The position numbers were made by a program, and so were the translations under genes. A stretch of 64,000 nucleotides of DNA from the human T2T-CHM13v2.0 reference genome, Homo sapiens, in NCBI RefSeq assembly GCF_009914755.1, contig NC_060936.1, one strand, 5' to 3'. Positions 14,906-27,900 of the stretch are shown one piece after another. Positions within the stretch are counted from its first letter, which is position 1; every line of letters starts with the position of its first letter. Below the pieces are notes generated by a model that ran no database searches, was not told where the DNA came from, and worked only from the letters and a program-made list of their open reading frames with translations.

Positions 14906-15339
14906 TGCTGAGGCAGATACTCTTATGACCCCGGTTTACAAGCAGGAGACAGACCCAGTGCAGAAGACCTTGCTCAAGGACACACGACCAAAAAGGGGCA
15001 GAGCAGAGACTCGAACACAGGCCTACTTGACTCCAAATCCCATGGTTTTTACTTCCTGATGGCTGGGACCGTGGCTGGGCACCCATCCTTAGAGCCCCAG
15101 CACGTTGTGGGTGTTTGGTAAATGAAATCTAACTACTGGGTGCCTGGGCAGTGGAAGCTGTGAAGTTTTATTTTTTCATCCACATGCATCTTGTTGGATC
15201 CTTAAAGAGCAGGAAGTTTATCCTGCATAACTGAAGAAACCTAGACAAACAGCTGTTTCCCTGCTTATGGCCTTGCTGGAGTTACACCTAGTTCTTATTC
15301 TGAAACCAGTCCCCAAGGCAGCTGTAGGGATGCATGTTA

Positions 15340-15750
15340 TTTGAAACTTTTTCTCTTGCAAATGGCAGAAATCCATTTCAACCAGACTTTTGTAGAAAGG
15401 GAATGTATTGGCTCTCAACTGAGAAGACCAGAGGTAAATGGCTTCAGGTATAGCTCAATCCAGGGGCTGAAACAATGTGTCGGGAATCTGTCCATCTGCC
15501 ATGTAATATCTGATCATGTGGCAAGATAGGTCATCTTGGCGACTTGTGTCTGAAGTTAATTATTTTAGCAGCTCTAGTGGGAAGGGGCAGAGGAAACCCT
15601 GGGAGGGCTGTGATTGGCCCAGCTTGGACCACATGCCCATCCCTGATCAGTCACCAGTGCCAGAGGCTTCTGTGACCAGCCCTAGGATATGTGCTCACTG
15701 CTGTGGTGAAGGTATGCTCAGCTCTACCCAAGCTCCGTGAGAAATGCTGC
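15340..15750 (-). mobile_element. Old MaLR LTR (MLT1J/K/L-like)
   Basis: tgattggcccagcttggaccacatgcccatccctga and ggcttcaggtatagctcaatccagggg motifs. Confidence 0.55.
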
Positions 15751-15919
15751 AGGGCAGAAGGATTCTTTTACAAGTGGAGAGGGCCAGGGTGCCAGGTAGG
15801 CAAAGCCGTTGGCTGTCTCCAGCCAACAACTGTCAGATGGACGAGGCAGGCTCAGGGGTGGGCATAGGACCTTGGCCTCAGGCAGGCCAAGTGGGAACAG
15901 ATGGAACCTTCTCCCCTAG

Positions 15920-16234
<315 letters not shown>

Positions 16235-17262
16235 TAAAATAAGGATGAGAGTATCTAGCTTGCAAGATCGTTGCCCAGATTCAAGCAGGAAAGTGCACCT
16301 AGAGAGCCTGGTGCAGGGCTGGGCTGTGGCTGGGGCTCCTGTCATCGGGGCTGTCCCCACAAGCTTGGGAAGTAACCAGGGCATTGTCACTCTCCACGTC
16401 TGCCTAACCTTGCCCCACTTGTACCCTTGATGTGGTCAGGACGCGGTTGATTTTGCTACAAAACGAAAGGGTTTCCTTCCCGTTGGTTTGGGGAAAGAGG
16501 AAGACCGAGTAATGGGCTTGGCTTAGGAAGCTCCCTGGTGCCTGGGGGCCTGGCAAGGGGCTTCTGCTAGTGTTTAACCACCTGACACCTACCTCTGCCC
16601 TCAGGCTCGCTCCTGGCCTACAGTAGGCACTAACCGGTCCCACCTGCCTCCATTTCCCTCTGTGCTCCTTGTCCCCTCCTTCCTTCCTTCTTTCTCTTTC
16701 TGTCTTTATCTCCTCCTCTCTGTTCTTCATCCTTCCTTTCCCCTCTGCTTTGCACTGAGCCCCCTTAGGCTCCAGACATCCCCTCACACTCCATGATGGC
16801 TCCCAGGCCTCAGGAGGTGGACACATCCTCACTCCAGCCAACCCCAACTGTTGGTTCCTAGTTCAGAGCCCATGACGATGGTGGGACTTGACATTTCTGG
16901 AGTGTGCCCGCTGTGCCAGGTGTTGTGCCAGGCACTTTACCTGCGTTATTTCCTTTAAGCCTCCCTGAGATCTGCACGGGGAGTCATCATTAGCCCCATT
17001 CCCAGATGAGGAGACTGAGACTGAGAGAGGGGAAGTCACTTGTCTGAGGCCACACGGCCAGTACAAGGCAAGGCCAAGTCCTGTGACTTGAGAGCCCATG
17101 TTTTTAACTCTTGCTCCCTAAACCCCTGGGGGTGCAAGGCTGGGCATTCCAGTGCACGGAGGGGCTGCAGGTAACCTTGGGCTTTATGGCCTGTTGGCTC
17201 AGGTGGGTCACAGCCAGGAAGGCACAGCAGGAAGGCCTGGGCTTTTGCCTTGAATATGATGA

Positions 17263-17469
<207 letters not shown>

Positions 17470-18155
17470 GAGGAGCCCACGACACTGCAGCCCCACCCAG
17501 ATGCCCCTTTCTGGATTATTCTGGGGGCTGCAGTTCGACTCTGTGCTGGCCAGCGAGCGCCCAGCTCCTGACACTGCTGGAGAGGCCCCAGCCGCTTGGC
17601 GATGCCAGCCAAGCTCTGCAGTCCCAGCGGTGGGACCTAGGGAGGCATGGTCTGCCCTCTGCATCCTCTGGAGCCAGCCGAGCAGGAGGCCTAGGAGGGT
17701 CCTCTGAGACTCCAGACCTGAGGCGAGAAGGGCTGCTTCCCTGAAGCTCCCACAGTCCCATCTGCTTCAGGCCCCCGCCTTGGCCTGTGTTCTTCCTGGC
17801 CGCCTGGGTCCAATGCTCAGGTGCTGGGGCCTGGTTCCCGGAGAAGTGTGCCTTCTCTCTCCCTTTTCAGGGACCGCCCCCTGTCTCTCAGGGCCAGGCC
17901 TCTCCCTCCTCCAGGAAGCCTTCCCCTACCCCTTGTCGCCCCTCCCTCCCAGAGCACCTGCTGTCTGGGTGGCTCACTCAGCACTTGGTGTGGCCTTCCC
18001 TTCTACCTAGCGGGATGGGGCTCCCCCAGGGGCTGTCCCGGAGGCGGTGGGCCTGGTTAAATAAGGCAGGGTTTATATGCACTTTCTTCCGATCTGTACC
18101 TGAGAGGTTTGTGGAAAAGATGGCAAATGGGGAATAAAAAGATTTTGTGTCAACA
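17470..18155 (+). other. MVK: MVK 3' UTR to the proximal poly(A) site (end approximate)
   Basis: Sequence between the stop codon and about 15-20 nt after AATAAA. Confidence 0.8.
18133..18138 (+). terminator. Proximal polyadenylation signal AATAAA of MVK
   Basis: First canonical AATAAA I find after the stop; CA dinucleotides about 13-17 nt downstream. Confidence 0.85.
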
Positions 18156-18761
18156 GTAGAGACTCCAGGCCACCAGCACCTCCCTCTGTCCCTGTCCCCT
18201 CTCCAGCTGTTTCCTCCATGGAGCTCTTCAGCAATGGAGGGAAATAGGGTTTGGGGTCACTTTGTTGTGCGTCTTGGGGATGAGGTGGCTTTTCCCAGAT
18301 GGCCCTTGCTGGAGAGGGACTGGGACACGGCTCTCAGTCCATCAGCACAACTCTAGGCTGCTGCTGCGGAGGGAGAAGTTGAGCTTCCTAGCTCCAGAAT
18401 CACAAGCACCCACGAGAGCACAGACCTGTGTAAGACAGGAAAGCAGAACCTGCCATCGCTCCTGGGGCGCGCCTTCCTTTCTGAAATGAACTGGCTGGAT
18501 GGAGAAAACAGACTCAAATGTTCTGGCCCGGGTGCCTGGCACTCCCCACCCCCGCCCCCCACCGGCCCTATTTGAACTTTATATTGCAGTCAGCTTGGTG
18601 CTTTCCGAAATGCCATTAGCCATCAGGAAACCCTTGTAGTTGGTGCCTTGCCAGCCAGAACCTCTGGGACCCACGGACCTGCAAAGAGGCCGAGTGGAAA
18701 GGTGGGGGCCGGCGCAGGGATTTCAGGATGAGGTGAAAGCGATTCAGTGCGCGTCTGCCCT

Positions 18762-18780
18762 TGGCCACTAGGGGGCAGCT
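18762..18780 (+). promoter_or_regulatory. CTCF binding motif, forward orientation
   Basis: TGGCCACTAGGGGGCAGCT matches the CCASYAGRKGGCRS core with no mismatch. Confidence 0.75.
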
Positions 18781-18981
18781 GGCGGCCTTCCCTGCTGTTG
18801 TCTTCCTGCAGGGTGAGAGGAGCAGGAGCCGAGCTCCACCCCCACGCCAGCCTTGGGCCCGGCCTGGGATCACTGCTGGGAACGTGAGAGTGAAGGGAGG
18901 ACGCCTACCCCAGCTTAACTTGTAGAAATGGCCCCAGATCACTGATGGCTGTTCCCTGCCCCTTCCCTTCAAAACACAACG

Positions 18982-18987
18982 CATAAA
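18982..18987 (+). terminator. Candidate distal variant poly(A) signal CATAAA
   Basis: CATAAA in an AT-rich patch (gcataaagcagtaatactaattaatac) with GT-rich sequence downstream. Confidence 0.45.
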
Positions 18988-19751
18988 GCAGTAATACTAA
19001 TTAATACTGAACGCTCACTGTGGACTAGGCGTGTTTACGCATCGCCCCTTCTCATCTCTGCCCCGACCTCAGTGTCATTGCTAGTCTCATCCCCGCTTTA
19101 CAGACCAGGAAACCAAAGGTCAGAGAGATCGAGTAACTGGTGCAAGTCCACACAGCTCATCAGCATCTGAGGCCGGATTCAAATGGACTCCAGAGCCTGC
19201 TCTTAGCCCCTACGTGTGTCTGCTGGGTGCGGCTCTGTGTGCAGGCTCACTGCGATTTTTTAGCTTTCTGTGCTCAGGCTCGTTTTTCTGGATTCGGATG
19301 TATTTGACCGGGGTGGGGCTCGGACCTGCATGTTTTCCTCCCCACGCGATTTTAATGAACAACCAGGCCAGAGGCTGCTGTGCCCTCAGTGATGGCGCTG
19401 GCTGACAGCCAGCCTCCAGCCTTTAGGAGGTGGGCCTGGGAGCCTCCCCAGGCTTCCATAGATGTCCGCGGCAGCTGTGAGATGGGTGCAGGGGACAGAG
19501 GCTGAGACCCCCAGAGCCCGTCTGCTCCTTGAGGCCCTCTCTCTCTCATTCCCTGGGGACAGGATGTCACTCCTGGGGCAGGGGCCAGCTCAACACTCTT
19601 GCTCCAGTGAAGCAGCTGCCGGTGCGCTTTGGCCAGAGCAACCTTTCAACCCAGCCACCCCTGCGGCCACCATATGGGCCTGGTGTCACACTCCTGGCTA
19701 CCTTGTAGACAGTTGGCACTTGCGGCTGTCACCCCTTCTCATTGCCTATTG

Positions 19752-20100
19752 CAGTGGTTCTCGCTCTCAGAGCTGCACCTCGGAACCACCTAAGGACCCA
19801 CGAATTCCTGACTCCACCCCAGATATTCTGAGTTAATCTGTCTCAGCGGTATCTTTTTAAAAAGACAGCTTTTAAAAGCTCCCAGGTGATTCTAACGTGT
19901 GACCAAGCACCACATGGTGCTGCACACCTGTAGTCCCAGCTACTCAGGACGCTGAGGCAGGAGGATCGCCTGAGCCCAGGAGTTGGAGGCTGCAGTGAGC
20001 TATGATGGTGCCACTGCACTCCAGCCTGGATGACAGAGTGAGACCCCGTCTCAAAAATATTTTTAAAAAATAAGAAAATGCAGCCAGGGCTGAAGATACC
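19752..20100. mobile_element. MER5A interrupted by an Alu monomer (FLAM/FRAM, about 19905-20075)
   Basis: cagtggttctc TIR...aagctcccaggtgattctaa, then Alu monomer, then aatgcagccagggctga. Confidence 0.7.
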
Positions 20101-20559
20101 GAACTGGATGACCCCAGGGTCATCTCTGCACGCCATTGTGGTGGTTGAGCACTTCAGCCCTGCCCACCCCCTGGCCATGTGACCTTGGGCAAGACAGCTT
20201 ACCTCTGGAGGCCACAGCTTCCTCATCGGGAAAGTGGGATTCACTAATACCCACCTTATGGAGGTTTCGTGGGGATCAATGAGAAAATATACAGAAGGCC
20301 CTTGACACAGTGCGTGGCACACGGTAAGTGCTCAATAAATACTCATTATTATAACTGTCTTATGCTGAGAGATAAGGGTGTCTTCCAGAGCCCCAAAACT
20401 TCAGAATGGTGCACAGAGCTGGCTCAAGGCGCCCTGCCCAGATGGTCCAAAGCCCCTAGGTTGAGACCCCTTGGGTCGCTGTTGGAGAAACACACCTAAT
20501 GCCCACCGGCTTTCCCACCTCCCTGCTTCCTCTGCAAAGAGGCGGTCACATAGCACTGA

Positions 20560-21058
<499 letters not shown>

Positions 21059-21561
21059 GGTGAGGAGTCTTTCCTCACCAAGGTTTCTGTGGCCTGCTGG
21101 CAGCCAGTCGCGTTGGCTGGCTGGCTCCAGGTCAGCAAGCGTGGTGGGGGGCCGGCCCTGCCCTTCGCTTGTGCTTGGCCCAGCCAGCTCCTTTCTCCTC
21201 CACGGCTGTTTTCCTCCTTGTTTCCTCAGCTAGCGCCCTTTGGAAGACACCTGGCTCAGGGGCCCGCACCTCGCAGGTGCTTCCTTCCCCAGCCCTTCCT
21301 GGTTTCCAGCTAATTTTGGACAAGTTCTTTGGCTGTCTCTTAGCACCTACTGTCTTCTAGGAAGGGGCAGAGAGCTGGATTTGAGGCCAGGAGCTCTGGT
21401 TCCTAGTCTGAGCTCTTTAGTTCTCAAATTATAATATTTTTACTATTACAGAAACAGTGTAAATACACTGTAGAAAGAAAATACAGATTAGCAAAAATCA
21501 CATCAAAGCACTGTGTTTTTACCATACAGAGATTACCCCTATGAACAGCTGCCACCTTTCC

Positions 21562-21564
<3 letters not shown>

Positions 21565-21605
<41 letters not shown>
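21565..21605 (+). repeat. (TG)20 microsatellite
   Basis: Direct inspection. Confidence 0.95.
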
Positions 21606-21606
<1 letters not shown>

Positions 21607-21820
21607 CATGCTGTTCGATAAAGTGAGATCATACTGTACATGCTGTTTTGTTACCTACCTTTTTGGTTTCCAGTCACCTTTCTCTGTCAATATGTTTCAT
21701 CTCTAATGCCCAGGCTATAGTCACATTTCCTCCAGTTGGGCCAGGTGTCCGGCACCCTGTCTAATACCACATACCTGGCTGTTACAGCCCTGGCTTCTCT
21801 TTTAATCTAGCACAGCAGCC

Positions 21821-21822
<2 letters not shown>

Positions 21823-21854
<32 letters not shown>
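21823..21854 (+). repeat. (AC)16 microsatellite
   Basis: Direct inspection. Confidence 0.95.
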
Positions 21855-21856
<2 letters not shown>

Positions 21857-22930
21857 ATACCTATTTTTCTCCATGATATGACTTGCTTAAGAGACCCAGC
21901 GGATCATCCTGCAGAATGCTGTGTCTTCTACACTGGTCATTCAGAATCCAGCCCCTCCACATGGCTTTGGGAGGTCTTGAACCCTTTACTGAGCACCTAC
22001 GATGTGCTCAGCATGGTGCTAAGTGCTTTGTGTGCTTTATCCCTGTGAATCATTTCAGTCCATTGAGCTAATTACCGTGCTTATCCCCATTCTGTTGGTG
22101 AGTAAACTGAGGCCCAGAGTAGGGAAGTGACTTGCCCAGGGTCACGTGGCAGAGTGGGATTTGCACGCAGTTCTGTGTAACTTCAGGGCCCTGCTCTTAG
22201 CCCGTGTCTAGACTCTCCCCGGGGAGGTGACTGGTGACCTCTCCGAGCTCCCTCTCCCCACCATACCTAATTGACAGAACTGAGTTGTCACATCTGCCCC
22301 AGCGGTGCTGGCCCAGCTCACCCCTGCTGCCCGCTTGGCCCTGGCTGTGAACACCTCAGACCCCCAACCTACACAACAAACAGGCAAAGGGAGCAACCTG
22401 CCAAAGAACATGATGTGTGGTCTCACAGCACTGTGCCCGGAGCCCCCACCTCCCCATATCCAAGGAAAACCTGGCACTGGGCCGAACCTCACACCTCACA
22501 CCTCATGTCCTCAAAACTGAAACAGACAAGGGCAATGGTCTCCCAATGAATGCTTCAGTTGCTTGAATCCAAAAGTGTCAGGGTCAGGAGGACCCTTGGA
22601 GATCACACAGTCCATCACCTCGTTTGCTGTGAATGCGGAGACCAAGACTCAGAGAGGGCAAGAGATTGCCTAAGGTCACACAGTGAGCCACCTTGTCCTC
22701 TTCCTTGCCATTTGGTTTTCTCCATGCGGCAGGGTTGTCACAGGAAAAGCACTTGCAATCCAGAGATCCGTCTTCAGGCCCAGCTTCTGCACCTGCTGGC
22801 TGCGTGACTTCCAGCCGGGACTCCTCTGTACCCCCAACTCGGCCTCAGTTTCCTCAAATGTAACATCCCAGGCAGGGTGCTAAACCCCTCAGGCATCATT
22901 CCACTTACTTCCCACAGCAACCCTGCAGAC

Positions 22931-23530
<600 letters not shown>

Positions 23531-24204
23531 GAATTATTTCCCCATTTTGCAGAGAAGCAGACAGATGCTCTCAGACAGGCTCAGTGGCTCACCCGAGGGA
23601 GTGTGCTCAGGTTTGAACCCTGTCAGTCTAGCTGGACGAGACCTCCTGCACCGCAGGGTCTGACCAGGGCCCTTCTTTGTCGCTCAGGGTGAAAGGGCTC
23701 TGTACTGGCCAGTGGGGGGTGAGACGCCGTTCTGCCTGGTGCAGCGTGAGGGCAAGGGGCCCCGGGTCCCAGGTACACTGGCTCAAGCTATTAAGTCAAA
23801 CCAGAGTCTTCTGTCTTATTTTTTTTCCACCATAAACCTTGTAATGTGACAAACGAGGCTGCAGAAAAGTGGCCAAGTGACAGGTCCATGACATAGCTGC
23901 CGGACTCTCTTGGGGTTTCTGTTTCCTCCCAAAAACCAGGGAAGCAATGAGGGGGCCACAGCCCGAGGGAGAGGGAGGGGGCTCCTTCTCCTCCCAGACC
24001 AGCCCCTGCCTCCCTCCAGACCTAGGGAGGGCATGGGGGAGGCCTGAGCGCATTGATTCTCACCACACTCAGGCTCACAGAGCAGGGAGCCACTTACTTG
24101 CACAGAGAGGGTAAGAGACGGAATGCCAACTGAGCCTCTTTTACAGGCATCTGAGCCCAAACCTCCATGCTCCCTCACTCAGATTAACAGGGTCTGTTAT
24201 ACGT

Positions 24205-24535
24205 GGTTTTTCGTTTGTTTTTTAATCTCTCTCTCTTTTTTTTTTTTTTTTTTTTAGAGAAAGGGTCTCCCTCTGTCACCCAGACTGGAGTGCAGTGGCG
24301 TGATCACAGCTCATTGTAGCCTTGAACTCCTGGGCTCAAGCAATTCTCCCATCTCAGCTTCCTGAGTAGCTAGAACCACAGGCTCATGCCACCATGCCTG
24401 GCTATGTGTTTTATTTTTTTGTAGAGACAGGGTCTCTATGTTGCCCAGGCTGGCATGTTGTCCTGGGCTCAAGCGATCCTCCCACCTCGGCCTCCCAAAG
24501 TGTTGGGATTACAGGCGTGAGCCACTGCACCCAAG
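24205..24535 (-). mobile_element. AluJ SINE with TSD ctgttatac
   Basis: Antisense Alu; ctgttatac flanks both ends. Confidence 0.88.
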
Positions 24536-25463
24536 CTGTTATACATATTTTAAATCTGATCAGGAAAATATCCATTTTGAGGCATTTGGGTAATGCACTG
24601 GCTGAGGCCACGGTGGCCCCCTTGGATGTTGAAGGGGCACCGAAGCTGTCCTAGGCACATGGGCATCCTCCCTGCCCAAAGAAAGAAGCTGCCAGACTCC
24701 ACAGCCACTGCAGGCAGGATCCAGCCCCTTCTTCATGAGCACTATCCATTCAGCAAATGTTAAATGCACACGTTCTATATGCCAGGAACTGGGCCAGGCC
24801 CCAGGGAAGTGAGGTGACTGACCAGAGCTGCTCCTGCCCCGCTTCGGCATGCTGGCCGTGGTTCCGGAGGCTTTCGTGTCACTTCCTCCGCCCATACTCA
24901 TGGCGAGCCCAGGAGGAAAGTGTGGTGAACCCCATTTTACATAGCAGGAAACTGAGGCCCAGAGAGGAAGTCTCTGCTCCAAGTCATGCAGTCATCAGGT
25001 GCAGAAGCTCGGCCCTGAGACAGGTCTCTAGATTCCAAGCACAGTGCTCTCCTGTGTCACCCTGGCTGTCTTGGCCCCAGATGTGGAGGTGAGCATTTGT
25101 GGGAGAAGGGAGGTGAGCAGGATGTGGAGAGGGGAAGGCAAGGAGAAAACCAAATGAAAGAGGACAAGGTGGCTTGCTGGGTGACTTCCGGCAGGTCTCT
25201 TGCCCTCTCTGGGCCTCATTGTCCCCATCCATTGAAATAATGGTGTCTGTTTACTCTGCCAGAAGCTCCGATGCTCTCATTTAATCCTCCTAGCAATCAG
25301 TATTTTGTGGACTCTGGGCTCAGACAGATCTGGCCTTTGATCTGTGGCCTGACTACTTCCAGCTCTGGGGCCTTAGGCAGGTCACATTATTTCTCTGAGC
25401 CTCAGGTGCCTCATCAGTAAAGTAGAAATACTAGGAAATAATGCACATCTAAAACGTAGCTCA

Positions 25464-25772
25464 GGCTGGGCGCAGTGGCTCATGCTGTAATCCTAGCACT
25501 TTGGGAGGTCGAGGCGTGCAGATCCCTTGAGCCCAGGAGTTGGAGACCAGCCTGGACAACATGGCAAAACCCCGTCTCTACCAAAAATACAAAAAAATTA
25601 GCCGGACATGGTGGCACATGCCTGTAGTCCCAGCTACCTGGAAAGCTGAAGTGGGAGGACTGCTTGAGCCCGGAGGTCAAGGCTGCAGTGAGCTGAGATC
25701 GCGCCATTGCACTCCAGCCTGGGCGAAAGAGCGAGACTTCATCTTAAATAAATAAATAAATAAATAAATAAA
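25464..25772 (+). mobile_element. AluJ SINE with (TAAA)n tail and TSD aaaacgtagc
   Basis: Sense Alu dimer with flanking direct repeats. Confidence 0.9.
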
Positions 25773-27384
25773 ACGTAGCCTGGCACCTAGTACTTAGACT
25801 CAGCACCCGGGGGATAGGAACTATTGTTATTATCAGAGAGGGGGAAACTGAGGCTCAGAGAGGCGACGCGACAGCTCAGAAGTGGCCAAGCCAGGATTTG
25901 AATCCAGTAGGACTGACTCTAAAGCCTGGGGCCTCCTCCCCTTTCATCACTAGGCAAGGCTAGGTTTTGCTGACATGTCCTGTCCCCAGAGGGAGATTAG
26001 AGGGAAGAGCCACCCCTTTCAGCCCTGAGGGACTTAAGCAACTAGTTGGATCTGGCTGGGCTGCCTGAGACCACAATGTGAGCCAGTGATGATCACAGGT
26101 CTGGAAGTTGGAGGACACAACCTTGGAGGAAGAGACTCCCCTCGAACCGAGCACCTGCCTTCTGTTGTCAAGACAGCCACATCTGCTCCATTTCCCCTTT
26201 GACTTCACTGGGCAAGGGATGTTTTGTGCACACAGCTGGCCTTGTCCTTGGCAGGCATCAGAGCGGCTCTCACTCGCCCCACGTTACCATCTCCTACCAT
26301 CTGCCTCAAAGAGACACATCCACCACTTGATGGACGTTGGTCCATCAAGATCATTCCCCGATAGAGCTACAAGGACCTACACTCTGCAGATGAGGAAACT
26401 GAGGCACAGAGATGGGTCACGCAGTATGGTTGTGGCAGAGCTGGGACTCAAACCCAGGCTCTGAATGGCTGAGGGTGCTGGGTCAAGATGGGGCATCCCA
26501 AGGTCAGGAAAAAGAGCAAGAGAGCTGCTAACGTGTCCTCACTGGCCCTGGGAGATGCTAGTACCTCTGCTGATGCCAGTAGTCAGTTTTGACCAGAGTT
26601 GGCTCCACGGAGGGCTGAGGGCACGTGGATGCAAGAGTCACGGCTTTGATGAGGAGTAGGGTGAAGGTGTGTGGCGAGGCCAGGATCGGGACTCCCCACC
26701 TCCCCACCTGCCTTGTGTGGTTGAGGAGAGCACTGTGCAGGGAGCCAGTATTTCTAAATGCTGTGTGACTTAGGTGAGTGGCTTCCCCTTTCTGGATCTC
26801 GGTCTCCTTTTCATATCTGAGATGTTATTCCCAGACCCATGAGAAGCCCCCGGGGGCCGTGGCCTGGTCTTGTTCCCCGCCTGCATCTCAGCATCACTCT
26901 GATAACCTCTCCCTGCTCAGGGGTCTCAAACTCACAAGCCTCCAGGGACCAGGCAGGCAGCCACAAGCCAGGCTTGGGGAGGACGCGGCAGGCCCCTGGC
27001 CCCAGCTCCAGCCAGCTGTTGCCCTGCAGGGTGGTGAACCCACCATCCAAACCTTTCTATTTAATTTTTAAAAAGAATTCAGAAATCTGGAGTTGTGGAT
27101 AAAATTTGATTTTTAAATACCGTTCAGTAATAAAACCAAATTTTAAACAATAACAAATGATTATGTCAAGCCCGGGTGCAAAATGGAAACCACCCCAGGG
27201 TTGAGACCTTCAGAAGCCGGGCCCCTCTGGCTCTGGGGAGTGAGCTGGGGCATGGGGGTCACCCCCAGGGGTGGGGCCCCCCCTGGAATCTGATTACCCC
27301 TCAGTGCCCCACGAAGCAGCAGGCCTGCGGGTGGCGGGGCGGCAGGGGCACCGGCGGCTGGGTTGTGAGCTCATCCCCGGGAGG

Positions 27385-27900
27385 CACAGATGGTATTTTT
27401 TTTTATCAGTGTCAGCACGGACTTCTTTCTGCTCTGATGACTAGATTCTAAAGAGGCAGTGACATTATTTGAGATAACAGAGGGAGCAGAAAAAGGGTCA
27501 GCAATGGAGAGAAAACGGCAGAGCCAGCAGATAAAGGGGAGGCCGGAGGGGGCGGAGCACCCTCGCTGGGGGTGCACCCCCCCATTCTTGTGATTCCTGC
27601 TCCCTAAGCCTGGCTCCCTGTGGTGGGGGCTGGAATGCCGCCCGGCCCAGGGCAGCGGAGAGGCCCAGACAGCTGCGCCGAGCCGCCCGCTCTGCTCCCC
27701 GGCAGCCCTCCTTGGCTGCCCGGCCGCCCATTCCGCCTTTTCAATTCGATTCAATTAGGCCGCCCCGCTCGGAAGCTTGTCTCCTCTGATATCCAGTTTA
27801 ACTGACAGGGGATTAGTGCTGTTTGTATTACACACACACTCTCTCTCCGGCTGCCAAACTGCTGGCAGGGCCCTGGGACCCGGGTTATTTATGGAGCTGG
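27385..27900. promoter_or_regulatory. Candidate enhancer with a CpG-rich core
   Basis: Non-repeat; three WGATAA sites, TGACAG and GGATTA; CpG-dense at 27540-27780. Confidence 0.5.
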
